Shown in pieces: positions 1 to 9,721 of a stretch of 64,000 nucleotides of DNA (position 1 is its first letter; each line of letters opens with the position of its first letter). The stretch comes from an uncultured delta proteobacterium (GTDB taxonomy: Bacteria > Myxococcota > Myxococcia > SLRQ01): the NCBI GenBank assembly GCA_963727485.1, contig CAVSGM010000003.1, forward strand, positions 640,001 through 704,000, read 5' to 3'. The notes below the pieces were generated by a model that was given only the letters and a program-made list of their open reading frames with translations, did no database searches and was not told where the DNA came from. The position numbers and the translations under genes were made by a program.

Positions 1-1
1 G

Positions 2-112
2 GTGGGCCTCGAGGGCCCGAACCTCCACGTCCCCTTCGGCGCCGGGGCCGGCCACCGCCGCCGGCTCCTCACCGATCTCGCCCTGGTCGAGGCCCCGGGG
101 GCGGCGCCATGA
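2..112 (+). CDS. 3' end of a probable DUF58-family protein (partial, runs off the window start)
   Basis: Frame reads VGLEGPNLHVPFGAGAGHRRRLLTDLALVEAPGAAP*. Its stop overlaps the next ATG (ATGA). The 'G..H...LL..LA' C-terminus and position upstream of a transglutaminase fit the MoxR-DUF58-transglutaminase operon. Confidence 0.55.
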   Translation: MGLEGPNLHVPFGAGAGHRRRLLTDLALVEAPGAAP

Positions 113-2163
113 GCTTCGGCCACGCCCAGCGCCTCGCCACCCTCCTCACCGCCGTGGCCGCGTTCTCCGCCATCGCCGTGGGCGGCGCCATGAACCCCGT
201 GTTCGTGGCGCTCTGGTACCTGGGCGCAGTCGTCGCCTTCTTCCTCGCCGACGACGCCATCGAGGGGAAGTGGGTGATCACCGCGGCGCTCGTCGCCGTC
301 CCGGTGATGGTGGCCCTGGCCCTGCGCGGCCTCGACCCCATCCTCGCCACCGCCTACTTCGCCTCGGTGCTCCTCCTCGCCCGGGTCCTCGCCCGCGAGG
401 GCGCCGGGGCCCACGCCCAGATCCACCTGCTGGCGGTGCTGGTCCTCGCCGGCGGCGCCGCCCTCTCCGGCGACGTCACCTACCTGCTGGCCTTCGTCGC
501 CTTCCTCTTCGCCGCCACCTGGGCCCTGCTCCTCACCCACCTGCGCCGCGAGGTCGACCCCGCCACCCTCGACCTCCCGGTCCGCGAGGTGGTCGGCCCC
601 GGCCTCGCCACCGGGGTGCTCGTCCTCACCGCCGTGGCCCTGGTGGCCACCGCCGTGACCTTCGTCGTCTTCCCCCGGACCCCCTTCGGCCTGGGGTTCC
701 GGCGCCCCATCGGCGGGGGCACCGCCGGCCTCTCCAATCAGGTGAGCCTCTCGGGCTTCGGCCGGATCAACGGCGACACCCGGGTGGTCCTCCGGGTGCG
801 CACCCCCGACCGGGCGCCGCGCTCGCGCCTCGACCTCTACTGGCGCGCCCAGGTCTTCGACCGCTACGACGGCCACGGCTGGACCGGCCACGCGCGCCCC
901 CGCCCCGGCGCCCGCCTCCAGCTCGGGGTGCGGCTCCGGAGCCCGGTCTCGAAGAAGCTGGTCAAGCTCCGGGTGCAGCTCGTCGAGCCCCTCGGCGTCG
1001 ACGTCCTCCCCGTCCCCGACGACACCGTCTACGTCCGGTTTCGGGGCATGGACGGCCGCGGCCACCTCGGCCTCGCCCGCCGCGCCGCCCACCTCGTGGT
1101 GCGGACCGACGGCCGCCTCACGCCCCCCATCCGCTACCGGGTCTTCCTCGATCCCGCCCTCGAGGTCACCGACCCCACCCCGCCCACCGCCGCCGATCTC
1201 GCCCTGCCGCCCCAGGACCCGCGGACCGTGGCGCTGGCCGCCCGCCTGAAACAGGAGGCCGGCGACGGCGACGCCGCCCTGGCCCGCCATGTCGCCGGGT
1301 GGCTCTCGAGCACCTTCGGCTACACCACCGAGCTCCCCGGGGCCAACCCCTCCCTGGCGCACTTCCTCTTCGATCGGAAGCGCGGCCACTGCGAGTACTT
1401 CGCCACCGCCATGGCCGTGCTCCTGCGCCTGGAGCACGTCCCCGCCCGGGTGGCCACCGGCTTCTACGGCGCCAGCTGGTCCGACGCCGGGGGCTACTAC
1501 GTGGTGCGCCGGGGGAGCGCCCACGCCTGGGTGGAGGCGTGGATGCCCGGGCGGGGCTGGGTGCGCTTCGATCCCACCCCCGCCGCCGACCGCGGCGCGC
1601 AAAACGGCGACGACCTCTGGACCCGGCTCTCGGACACCTGGGACGCGGTGCAGTCCGCCTGGTCCAACTTCGTCCTCGACTACGGGTTGGGCAACCAGGT
1701 GCAGATGTTCCTCTCCGCCGCCAAGGCCCTCCGCCGCTTCAGCCGCGCCTTCTCCGGGCACGACCGGGGCGGGGTGCTCACCCGGGGCCTCCTGGCCCTG
1801 GTGCTGGTGGGCGCCTTGTTCCTGGGGATCCTCGCCTGGCGCCGCCGGCGCCCCCAGGCCTGGCGGCGCCTCACCACCGCCGATCGCCGACCGCCCCGGG
1901 TGCGCCGGGCCGTGGCCGTGGGACGGCTCTTGCGCCGGGTCCTCGCCGAGCCCGGCCCCAGGCCCGCCGCGACCCCCGAGGAGCTCCTCGCCGACCTGGC
2001 GACCCGGCGCGGCGGCGACGACGGGCTCACCCACCGGGCGGCGATCCTGGTGGCGCGCTACCAGCAGGTGCGCTTCGGGGGCCGGGGCCTGGGGCCCGCC
2101 GAGGCGAGGCGCCTGAAGGCCAAGGCCCGGGCCCTGGGGCGGGACCTGCGCCGACCTGGGTGA
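109..2163 (+). CDS. TgpA-like membrane transglutaminase-family protein (DUF3488 + transglutaminase core)
   Basis: Multi-TM N-terminus, LYWRAQVFDRYDG, catalytic GHCEYFATAM, ARVATGF, AHAWVE and WVRFDPTP motifs. Confidence 0.9.
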   Translation: MSFGHAQRLATLLTAVAAFSAIAVGGAMNPVFVALWYLGAVVAFFLADDAIEGKWVITAALVAVPVMVALALRGLDPILATAYFASVLLLARVLAREGAGAHAQIHLLAVLVLAGGAALSGDVTYLLAFVAFLFAATWALLLTHLRREVDPATLDLPVREVVGPGLATGVLVLTAVALVATAVTFVVFPRTPFGLGFRRPIGGGTAGLSNQVSLSGFGRINGDTRVVLRVRTPDRAPRSRLDLYWRAQVFDRYDGHGWTGHARPRPGARLQLGVRLRSPVSKKLVKLRVQLVEPLGVDVLPVPDDTVYVRFRGMDGRGHLGLARRAAHLVVRTDGRLTPPIRYRVFLDPALEVTDPTPPTAADLALPPQDPRTVALAARLKQEAGDGDAALARHVAGWLSSTFGYTTELPGANPSLAHFLFDRKRGHCEYFATAMAVLLRLEHVPARVATGFYGASWSDAGGYYVVRRGSAHAWVEAWMPGRGWVRFDPTPAADRGAQNGDDLWTRLSDTWDAVQSAWSNFVLDYGLGNQVQMFLSAAKALRRFSRAFSGHDRGGVLTRGLLALVLVGALFLGILAWRRRRPQAWRRLTTADRRPPRVRRAVAVGRLLRRVLAEPGPRPAATPEELLADLATRRGGDDGLTHRAAILVARYQQVRFGGRGLGPAEARRLKAKARALGRDLRRPG

Positions 2164-2197
2164 GGCGCCGGGCTCGACCATGGTACACGGCACCGCC

Positions 2198-3166
2198 GTG
2201 CCCGAGCCCGCCCCCATCCCCGACGCCCTCGCCGCCGACCCCGTCCTCCGGGGGCGCGCGGGTCTCGGCCTCGTCGGGAGCCCCCTGCGCCTCGACCCCG
2301 AGCTCGCCGCCGAGCTCGCCTTCGTCTCCGGGGCGGCGGTGGGCCGGCGCCTCGGGGGCCACCGCCGCATCCTCGCCACCGCCGACGTCCTCGCCGCCTC
2401 CGGGATCGAGGCGGGCCCCCGGGCCCTGCCGCTCTCCTTCGGGCGGCCCTTCGACCTCGGGGGCCTGCAGCTCGAGGCGGTGCCCTCGGGGCACCTCCGG
2501 GGCGCGGCGCAGCTGCGCATCCTCACCCCCGCGGGCCTCGAGGTCTGCTACGCCCCGGGCCTGCGACGCTGCCCGGGGCGCACCGTGCCCGGCGCCACCG
2601 TGGTCCCCTGCGAGGTGCTCGTCCTCGAGGCCCCCTTCGCCGAGCCGACCGGCGCGCTCCCCTCCCGGGAGGTGGCCCTCCGCCAGGTCCTCGCCTTCGT
2701 CGACGCCGCCCTGGCCGACGGCGTCACCCCGGTGCTCCGCGCCGAGGCCCCCGGCGCTCCGGCGGAGCTCCTGGCCCTCCTCGCCGACCACGATCGCCCG
2801 GTGCGGATCCACCGCCGCCTCCGCCGTCGCCTCGCCGCCGCCGGCCTCCTGCCCCGGGGCACCGGCGCCTTCCCCGGGCCCGTGGCCCCCGGCGAGACCG
2901 TGATCCTCCCGCCGGAGGTCGAGGCCCCCGCGGGCGCCCGGGTGTGCCGGGTGGGGCCCGCCGCCCTCGCGGCCCCCGGCCCCGACGCCGCCGTCGCCTA
3001 CGCCGACCACGAGGACGACCCGGGCCTGCTCGCCCACGCCCTCGACACCGGCGCCCGCCGCATCCTCACCTTCGGCCCCGGGGCCACGCGCCTCGCCGGC
3101 CTCCTCGCCGACGCCGGCCTCGACGCCGCCGCCCTCGCCCCCGCCGAGCAGCTCGAGCTCCTCTGA
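2198..3166 (+). CDS. Degenerate metallo-beta-lactamase-fold (beta-CASP-like) protein
   Basis: PSGHLRGAAQL resembles PAGH(I/V)LGSAQ and CEVLVLEAPF resembles CDxLxxEsTF, but the HxHxDH motif is absent. GTG start at 2198 assumed; the ORF track starts at 2180. Confidence 0.6.
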   Translation: MPEPAPIPDALAADPVLRGRAGLGLVGSPLRLDPELAAELAFVSGAAVGRRLGGHRRILATADVLAASGIEAGPRALPLSFGRPFDLGGLQLEAVPSGHLRGAAQLRILTPAGLEVCYAPGLRRCPGRTVPGATVVPCEVLVLEAPFAEPTGALPSREVALRQVLAFVDAALADGVTPVLRAEAPGAPAELLALLADHDRPVRIHRRLRRRLAAAGLLPRGTGAFPGPVAPGETVILPPEVEAPAGARVCRVGPAALAAPGPDAAVAYADHEDDPGLLAHALDTGARRILTFGPGATRLAGLLADAGLDAAALAPAEQLELL

Positions 3167-4125
3167 TGCCCGTCTCCTGGAAGATCGCCGACGACGACGC
3201 GGGCCTGCGGGTGGACAAGTTCCTGCGCCGGGAGCTGCCCCGGGTGCCGCTCTCCCACCTGTTCAAGCTCCTGCGCACCAAGAAGGTCCGCCTCAACGGC
3301 AAGCGCGCCAAGGGCGACGACCGCCTCGCCCCGGGCGACGAGCTGATGGTCCGCGGCGATCCCGAGCGCCTCGCCGCCGGCGCCCGGGCCGTGGGCCGGG
3401 GCCCGCCCACCACGCGCCGGGACTTCGAGGTGATCCACGACGACCCGCACCTGATGGTGGTGACCAAGCCCGCGGGCCTCGCCATCCACCCGGGCACCGG
3501 GATCTCCGGGGCGACCCTCGTCGACCAGGTCCGGGCCCACCTCGACGCCGACCCCGAGGCCCAGGGCTTCACCCCGGCGCCGGCCCACCGCCTCGACAAG
3601 GAGACCAGCGGGGTGGTGCTGGTGGCCCGGACCCGCACCGCCATGGCCGGCCTCACCGCCGCCTTCACCAAGGGCGAGGTGCACAAGACGTACCTGGCGG
3701 TGGTCAAGGGCCGGATGACCGGGCGCGAAGGCGAGATCGACCTCGCCCTCCAGGCCCACCAGCAGACGGCCAAGAGCAAGGCCCAGCGCGGCGCGAAGTA
3801 CCAGCCGGCGGTGACCCACTGGCGGGTGGTCTCCGAGTCCGGCCAGCTGAGCCTCCTGGAGGTGAGGCCCGGGACCGGGCGCACCCACCAGATCCGCCGG
3901 CACCTGGCGGCCGTCGGCCACCCCATCGTCGGCGACCGGCGCTACGGCGACTTCCCGTTCAACCGGGAGGCCAAGGCCACCTTCGGCATCTCGCGCCAGC
4001 TCCTCCACGCCTGGCGCCTCGAGCTCGCCCACCCGGTGACCGGCGCGCGGCTCTCGTTCGTGGCCCCGCCGCCGGCGGACCTGGTCAAGGCCCTGGCGGC
4101 GACGGGGCTCACCCTGCCGGACTGA
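3166..4125 (+). CDS. rluC: RluA-family 23S rRNA pseudouridine synthase with S4 domain (RluC-like)
   Basis: N-terminal S4 (GLRVDKFLRR...KVRLNGKR), KPAGL, catalytic HRLDKETSG, TGRTHQIRRH, GHPIVGDRRYG, LHA. ATG overlaps the previous TGA. Confidence 0.88.
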   Translation: MPVSWKIADDDAGLRVDKFLRRELPRVPLSHLFKLLRTKKVRLNGKRAKGDDRLAPGDELMVRGDPERLAAGARAVGRGPPTTRRDFEVIHDDPHLMVVTKPAGLAIHPGTGISGATLVDQVRAHLDADPEAQGFTPAPAHRLDKETSGVVLVARTRTAMAGLTAAFTKGEVHKTYLAVVKGRMTGREGEIDLALQAHQQTAKSKAQRGAKYQPAVTHWRVVSESGQLSLLEVRPGTGRTHQIRRHLAAVGHPIVGDRRYGDFPFNREAKATFGISRQLLHAWRLELAHPVTGARLSFVAPPPADLVKALAATGLTLPD

Positions 4126-4138
4126 GGCCCGGCGCCGG

Positions 4139-7100
4139 TCACACCTCCAGGCGGTCGCCCTTCCGGGAGATCCACCGGTAGAGCACCGGCAGCAGGAAGA
4201 TCGACAGGGCCACCCGGGAGAGCAGCCCGCCGACCACCACCTGGGCGAACGGTCGCTGGCTGTCCGAGCCGATGGCGTGGGAGAAGGCCGCGGGCAAGAG
4301 GCCCACGCACGCCACCAGGGCGGTGATGAGGATGGGCCGGAGCCTCACCGCGGCGCTCTGGCGCGTCGCCTCCTCGATGGACGCCCCGCCGAGGCGCAGC
4401 TTGTTGGCGTAGCTGATGTAGATGACGCCGGTCTGCACCGAGATCCCGAAGAGCGCGAGGAAGCCCAGCCCCGAGCTCACCGAGAGGTTGGTGTGGGCGA
4501 GCCACAGGGCCAGGAGCCCCCCCTCGGGCATGGTGAGGATCACCGAGAGGGCGATGAGCACCGGGTACTTGAGATTCCCGTAGAGGGCGAAGATGATCAG
4601 GAAGATGAGCACCAGGGTCAGGGGCACGATGAAGAACATCTCGTGCTTCGCCGCCAGGTAGTCCGAGTACTCGCCGCCCCACTTCAGCTCGTAGCCGGTG
4701 GGCAGCGGCACCGCCTGCTTCACCGCCTTGCGCGCCGCGGCCACCGCCGAGCCCAGGTCGCGCCCCACCACCGAGAACTGCACCCCGATGTACCGGGCGC
4801 CGCCCTCGCGGTAGATGAACGACGCGCCCTGGCCGACCTTCAAGGTCGCGAAGGTCGACAGGGGCAGGCGCTGGCCGCTGGGCGTGGTGACCAGGAGCCG
4901 CCCGATGGCCTCGGGGTTGTCGCGGAAGCGCTTGCCCATGCGGACCACCAGGTCGAAGGCGCGCTCGCCCTGGATCACCTGGGTCGCCGGGACCCCGCCC
5001 ACCGCGGCCTCGATGAGCCCGTTGACGGTGTCCACGTCGACGCCGTAGCGGGCGAGCTTCTTCCGATCGATCTTCACGTCGAGGCTCGGCTGGCCGAGCT
5101 CCCGGACGATGGTCACGTGGCTGATGCCCCGGACCGGGGTGATGGCGTCCTTGATCTTGTCGGCGATCTTCTGGAGCCGGTGGAGGTCGGGGCCGAAGAC
5201 CTTGACCGCCAGCGCGCTCTTGAGACCGGTGGAGGCCTCGTCCACCGCGTCCTCGGCGGGCTGGGTGTAGTTGAAGATGATCCCGGGGAACCGCTTGAGC
5301 TTGTCGCCCATGGCGGCGATGAGGGCGTCCTTGGAGCGGATCCCACCCTTCCACTGGTCGTAGGGCTTGAGGCCCACGTAGAACTCCACGTTGTAGAAGC
5401 CCGTGGGATCGGTGCCGTCGTCGGGGCGGCCGAGCTCCGAGCTCACCGTGGTGACCTGGGGGAAGCCCATGAGCACCTGGCGGATCTCGGGGCCGATCTC
5501 CTTCGCCTTGTTGAAGCTGATGGTGTACGGCATCGTCGCCCGCACCCACAGGGCCCCCTCGTCGAGCTTGGGCATGAACTCGCTGCCGATGCCCAGCAGG
5601 GTGAGGCTGGAGAGCGCCAGCGCCACCACCCCCACGCCCAGCGTGATCCGCGGGTGGGCGAGGCAGCGGTCGAGGGTCTTGAGGTACCAGCCCTTGAACC
5701 GGTGGAAGATCCGCCCCTCGCTGTCGCGTACGTTCTTGAGGAAGAGGCTGGAGAGCACCGGGAGCAGGGTCAGGGAGAAGAGCAGGGTGCCGAGGAGCGC
5801 GAACACCACCGTGTCCGCCATGGGCGAGAAGAGCCGCGCCGAGGGCCCGGTGAGGGCGTAGATCGGCAGGTACCCGGCGATCATCACCGCGGTGGCGTAG
5901 AAGATCGGCCGGCCCACGTCGTTGGCCGCGCCGAGGAGGACCTGGCTCATCGCCGTGGAGGCGCCGGCGGCGTTTCGCTCACCGAGCTCGCGGAAGATGT
6001 TCTCCACCATGATGACCCCGGCGTCGACCAGGATCCCGAAGTCCACCGCCCCCAGCGACAGGAGGTTCACCGGCACGTGCCGTCCCTTGAGCAGGAGGAA
6101 CGCGGTGGCCAGCGCCAGGGGGATGGTGGCGGCGACGATGAGCCCCGTCCGGAAGCTCCGGAGGAAGAGCATCAGGATGAGCGTCACCAGCAGGATCCCG
6201 AGCACCAGGTTGTGCTCCACCGTCCGGGTCGTCAGCTCGATGAGGTCGGTGCGGTCGTAGAACGGGTGGATGCGCACGTCCCGGGGGAGCACGTGGGCGT
6301 TGAGGTAGGTGGTCATCTTCCGCACCGCCCGGAGCACGGTCTGGGCCGCGTCCCCGGTGCGCAGGAAGATCACGCCCTCCACCGCGTCGTTGCGTTTCAT
6401 GTACCCGAACTCGCCGAGGCGGGGGGCGTGGCCGAGGCGGACCTTGCCCAGGTTCTTCACCCGGATGGGGATGCCGTTGTGGGTGGCGACCACCACGTTG
6501 CCGATGTCGGGCAGGTCCTTGAGCCGGCCGAGGCCGCGCACGTAGTAGAACTGCCCGCCCTGCTGGTAGAAGCCGCCGCCGGCGTTCTGGTTGCTCGAGC
6601 CCAGGGCGCTGACCACGTCGGCGACGCCCACGTGGTAGGTGTTCAGGGCGTTGGGATCGAGGACCACCTGGTACTGGCGGGTGGTCCCCCCGAAGCCCGA
6701 GTCGTCGGCCACGCCGGGGATGGCCTTGTAGCGCCGGTAGAGGACCCAGTCCTGGATGACCTTGAGCTCCTGGGGGGAGCGGTCGGGGCTGTCGAGGACG
6801 TAGCGGTAGATGAGCCCCGAGGGCGAGGCGAGCGGCGACATCGACGGGCTGACCCCGTCGGGGAGGTCGGCGTCGCCCATCCGCTGATGGATTTGCTCGC
6901 GGTTGAAGTAGGGGTCGCTCTTGTACTTGAAGACCAGGTGGATGCTCGAGAGCCCGTAGAGGGAGATCGAGCGCTGGACCTCGAGCCCCGGGGTGCCGTT
7001 GAAGGCGGTCTCCAGGGGGATGGTGATGAGTCGCTCGACCTCCTCGGCGGCGTGACCCGGCCACTGGGTCACGATCTCCACGTCGGGGGGCGAGAGGTCG

Positions 7101-7219
7101 GGGTAGGCGTCCACCGGCATGGTGTGGAACGCCCAGAACCCGGCCACCAGGACCGCCAGCGCCGCGGCGATGACCACGAAGCGCTGGCGAAGGGCGGTGC
7201 CAATGAGCTTGTGGATCAT
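4139..7219 (-). CDS. CusA/CzcA-family heavy-metal efflux RND transporter
   Basis: 1026 aa; DAYPDLS, AEEVERLIT, SLGAVDFGILVDAGVIMVENI, EFMPKLDEG, RLRPILITA. Confidence 0.95.
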   Translation of the reverse strand: MIHKLIGTALRQRFVVIAAALAVLVAGFWAFHTMPVDAYPDLSPPDVEIVTQWPGHAAEEVERLITIPLETAFNGTPGLEVQRSISLYGLSSIHLVFKYKSDPYFNREQIHQRMGDADLPDGVSPSMSPLASPSGLIYRYVLDSPDRSPQELKVIQDWVLYRRYKAIPGVADDSGFGGTTRQYQVVLDPNALNTYHVGVADVVSALGSSNQNAGGGFYQQGGQFYYVRGLGRLKDLPDIGNVVVATHNGIPIRVKNLGKVRLGHAPRLGEFGYMKRNDAVEGVIFLRTGDAAQTVLRAVRKMTTYLNAHVLPRDVRIHPFYDRTDLIELTTRTVEHNLVLGILLVTLILMLFLRSFRTGLIVAATIPLALATAFLLLKGRHVPVNLLSLGAVDFGILVDAGVIMVENIFRELGERNAAGASTAMSQVLLGAANDVGRPIFYATAVMIAGYLPIYALTGPSARLFSPMADTVVFALLGTLLFSLTLLPVLSSLFLKNVRDSEGRIFHRFKGWYLKTLDRCLAHPRITLGVGVVALALSSLTLLGIGSEFMPKLDEGALWVRATMPYTISFNKAKEIGPEIRQVLMGFPQVTTVSSELGRPDDGTDPTGFYNVEFYVGLKPYDQWKGGIRSKDALIAAMGDKLKRFPGIIFNYTQPAEDAVDEASTGLKSALAVKVFGPDLHRLQKIADKIKDAITPVRGISHVTIVRELGQPSLDVKIDRKKLARYGVDVDTVNGLIEAAVGGVPATQVIQGERAFDLVVRMGKRFRDNPEAIGRLLVTTPSGQRLPLSTFATLKVGQGASFIYREGGARYIGVQFSVVGRDLGSAVAAARKAVKQAVPLPTGYELKWGGEYSDYLAAKHEMFFIVPLTLVLIFLIIFALYGNLKYPVLIALSVILTMPEGGLLALWLAHTNLSVSSGLGFLALFGISVQTGVIYISYANKLRLGGASIEEATRQSAAVRLRPILITALVACVGLLPAAFSHAIGSDSQRPFAQVVVGGLLSRVALSIFLLPVLYRWISRKGDRLEV

Positions 7220-8323
7220 CTAGCGCTCCAGGGAGTCGGCGAACTGGACGAAGAGGGCGCCGTCGCCGAGGACGTGCTCCCCGGGCTTCAGGCCCTTGGT
7301 GACGATGGCGTCGCCGCCGACCTGGTCGCCGAGGGTGACGTGGCGGCGGGCGAAGGTGCCGGGGGCGCCGGACTCGACGTAGACGAAGGGCAGGTTGTCC
7401 TCGTCGCGGAGCACCGCGGACTCGGGGATGAGGAGCGTCTTCTCCGGGGTCGCCGGCTCAATCGCGGCGTTGACGTACTGGCCGGACTTGAGGAGCCCGC
7501 CGGGGTTCTCGGTGGAGATGCGCACCGGCACCGTGAGGGTGTCGGGGTCGATGGAGGCACCGATGTAGGTCACCTTGCCGGTCAGCGGCCCGTCGAGGAC
7601 CGGGGAGCGGATCACGGCGACGTCGCCCACCGACACCCGGCGCAGGTCCTCCTGGTAGAGCTGGCCCATCACCCACATCGCCGAGGGATCGGTGATGGTG
7701 AAGCAGGCGGTGCTCCCGGCGTCCACCGCGTCGCCCACGGCGATCTTCCGGTCGACCACCACCCCGGCGATCGGCGAGCGGAGGAAGGCGTGGCCGGCCC
7801 CGGAGCCGGTGATCCGCACCCGGCGCTGGTCGGTGTCCACGGTGGCCTGGGCGCTCTCCACGTCGAGCTGGGCCTGCTGCAGGGCCTCGAGGGAGATGGC
7901 CTTGTGCGCATAGAGGTCCTGGTCCCGGGCGAGGATCGCCTGGGCCACCTTCAGCGCCGCCTGGTCGCGCTTGAGGGCGGCGGCGGAGTCGGAGGAGTCG
8001 GGGCTGGCGATGGAGAGGAGCCTTTGGCCGACCTTCACCGTATCGCCCTCCCGGACCAGGACCTTGTCGACCTTGCCGCTGACCAGCGGCATCACCTCGC
8101 TGGTCTTGAGGTCGTCGAACTGCACCACCGCCGGGACCACCAGGGGCCGGCGCACGGCCTTGGCCGCGACGGTGACCAGCTTGAGGTGGCCGAGCTGGGC
8201 CTGGGGCACGGTGAAGAGCGAGGCGTGCTCGTTCCGGGTCACCTTGGGGTTGGTGCCCTGGGGGCCGCTGCAGGCGGCGACGAGGGCGAGGACGAGGGAA
8301 GCGGTCAGGGTACGCAAGCTCAT
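7220..8323 (-). CDS. RND efflux periplasmic adaptor (MFP, CusB/CzcB-like) lipoprotein
   Basis: True start MSLRTLTASLVLALVAAC (lipobox) overlaps the tolC stop. Lipoyl-like GKVDKVLVREGDTVKVGQ, LRSPIAGVV and GLKPGEHV motifs. Confidence 0.92.
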   Translation of the reverse strand: MSLRTLTASLVLALVAACSGPQGTNPKVTRNEHASLFTVPQAQLGHLKLVTVAAKAVRRPLVVPAVVQFDDLKTSEVMPLVSGKVDKVLVREGDTVKVGQRLLSIASPDSSDSAAALKRDQAALKVAQAILARDQDLYAHKAISLEALQQAQLDVESAQATVDTDQRRVRITGSGAGHAFLRSPIAGVVVDRKIAVGDAVDAGSTACFTITDPSAMWVMGQLYQEDLRRVSVGDVAVIRSPVLDGPLTGKVTYIGASIDPDTLTVPVRISTENPGGLLKSGQYVNAAIEPATPEKTLLIPESAVLRDEDNLPFVYVESGAPGTFARRHVTLGDQVGGDAIVTKGLKPGEHVLGDGALFVQFADSLER

Positions 8324-9609
8324 GGCGTGTCCTCCCCGGCGATGAACCGGAGGGTGGCCGCGGCCAGCATCGTGCGCGCCAGGGAAGCGCGGTAGGCGAT
8401 CTCCACCTGGCGATAGCTGTCCTCGGCGTCGAGGTAATCGAGGAGGGAGCCGCTGCCCAGGTCGTAGGCGCGGCGGCTGATGTCGAGGGATTGCCGGGCG
8501 GCGTCGAGGAGGTGCCCGGTGTAGGCGGCGAGCTGGGCCTTGGCGGTCTGCCACTCGCTCACCGCCTTTCTGGCGTTGGCGGCGATCTGGAGGCGCAGCT
8601 TCTCGGTGGTGAGCCGCGCCTGGGAGGCGGCGGCCTCGGCGGCGGTGACGTTGCCCTGGTTCCGGTCGAAGATCGGCAGGGGCACCGAGAGGGCGAGGTC
8701 GTAGTTGCCGGCGCCCGTGGGGTCGGTGTTGTAGTTCACCGCCACGTCGAGGTCGGGGATGGGCTGGCGCCGCGCCTGGTCGAGGAGGGCGTCGGCCGCC
8801 TGGGCGTCGGCCTTCAGGGCCAGGTAGTCCGAGCGGTGGGCCAGCGCCGTCCGGTAGAGGGCGGTGGCGTCCGTCGGGGCCTGGGTGGGGGGCGCCGCCA
8901 GGGACCCGGCGAGGGTGAAGCCCGGGGCCAGGACGTCCTCGCCCACCAGCGCCCGGAGATCCGCCCGGGCGCCGACCAGGGCCTCCTTCGCCTCGCGGAC
9001 CGTGTCGTCCTCGGCGAGGGCCTGGATGCGCAGCTTGAGGACCTCGCCATAGGCGATCTTGCCGTCCCGGTAGCGCAGCTCGTTGAGGGCCAGCGACTGG
9101 CCGAACCGCGCGCGGGCCTGCTGCTCGAAGTCGAGCTGCGCCTCGTCGAGGAGGACGGTGACGAAGGCGGTCTCGACCTGGAGCACCAGCTGGCGGCGGG
9201 TGGCGCGGCGGGTGGCGCGGGCGGCGTCGAGGCCCGCCTTGGCCGCGTCGATCCCGGCGCCGCGCTTGCCCCCGATGGGGATGGGCCACTCGAGGCCGAA
9301 CTGGTTGGGGATGGGCGCGCCGGCCGGGGAGATCCCGGTGCCGCCCGCGGCGACGGTGAGGCTGGGGTTGGGCAGCACCGACGCCTGGACCAGCGCCCCC
9401 CGGGCGGCGACCACGTCGTAGTCGGACGACCGGCTGTCGGGGTTGTGGGCCAGCGCCAGCTTCACCGCCTGCTTCAGGCCAAGGTGGTGGGCCGGGGTGT
9501 CGGTGGCGGGGGTGGGGGGACGGCCGTCCCCGGGGGCCGCGGCGTGGGCGGCGAGGGGGACGACGAGGAGAACGGAGGCGAGGGCGGGGCCCAGGCACGA
9601 CGAACGCAT
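8320..9609 (-). CDS. TolC-family outer-membrane efflux protein (CzcC-like)
   Basis: Signal peptide, LSVPLPIFDRNQG, AYDLGSGSLLDYLDA; first gene of the OMF-MFP-RND operon. Confidence 0.92.
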   Translation of the reverse strand: MRSSCLGPALASVLLVVPLAAHAAAPGDGRPPTPATDTPAHHLGLKQAVKLALAHNPDSRSSDYDVVAARGALVQASVLPNPSLTVAAGGTGISPAGAPIPNQFGLEWPIPIGGKRGAGIDAAKAGLDAARATRRATRRQLVLQVETAFVTVLLDEAQLDFEQQARARFGQSLALNELRYRDGKIAYGEVLKLRIQALAEDDTVREAKEALVGARADLRALVGEDVLAPGFTLAGSLAAPPTQAPTDATALYRTALAHRSDYLALKADAQAADALLDQARRQPIPDLDVAVNYNTDPTGAGNYDLALSVPLPIFDRNQGNVTAAEAAASQARLTTEKLRLQIAANARKAVSEWQTAKAQLAAYTGHLLDAARQSLDISRRAYDLGSGSLLDYLDAEDSYRQVEIAYRASLARTMLAAATLRFIAGEDTP

Positions 9610-9721
9610 GAGGCGCTCCCGATGGGCGCCGGTGGCGGATCGACCGCGAGGTGGATCCGTCCCCGGACGCGGGACCTTGGGGTCATCCGGCCGTGGGCGG
9701 CCGGACGTCAGACGCGGCAGG

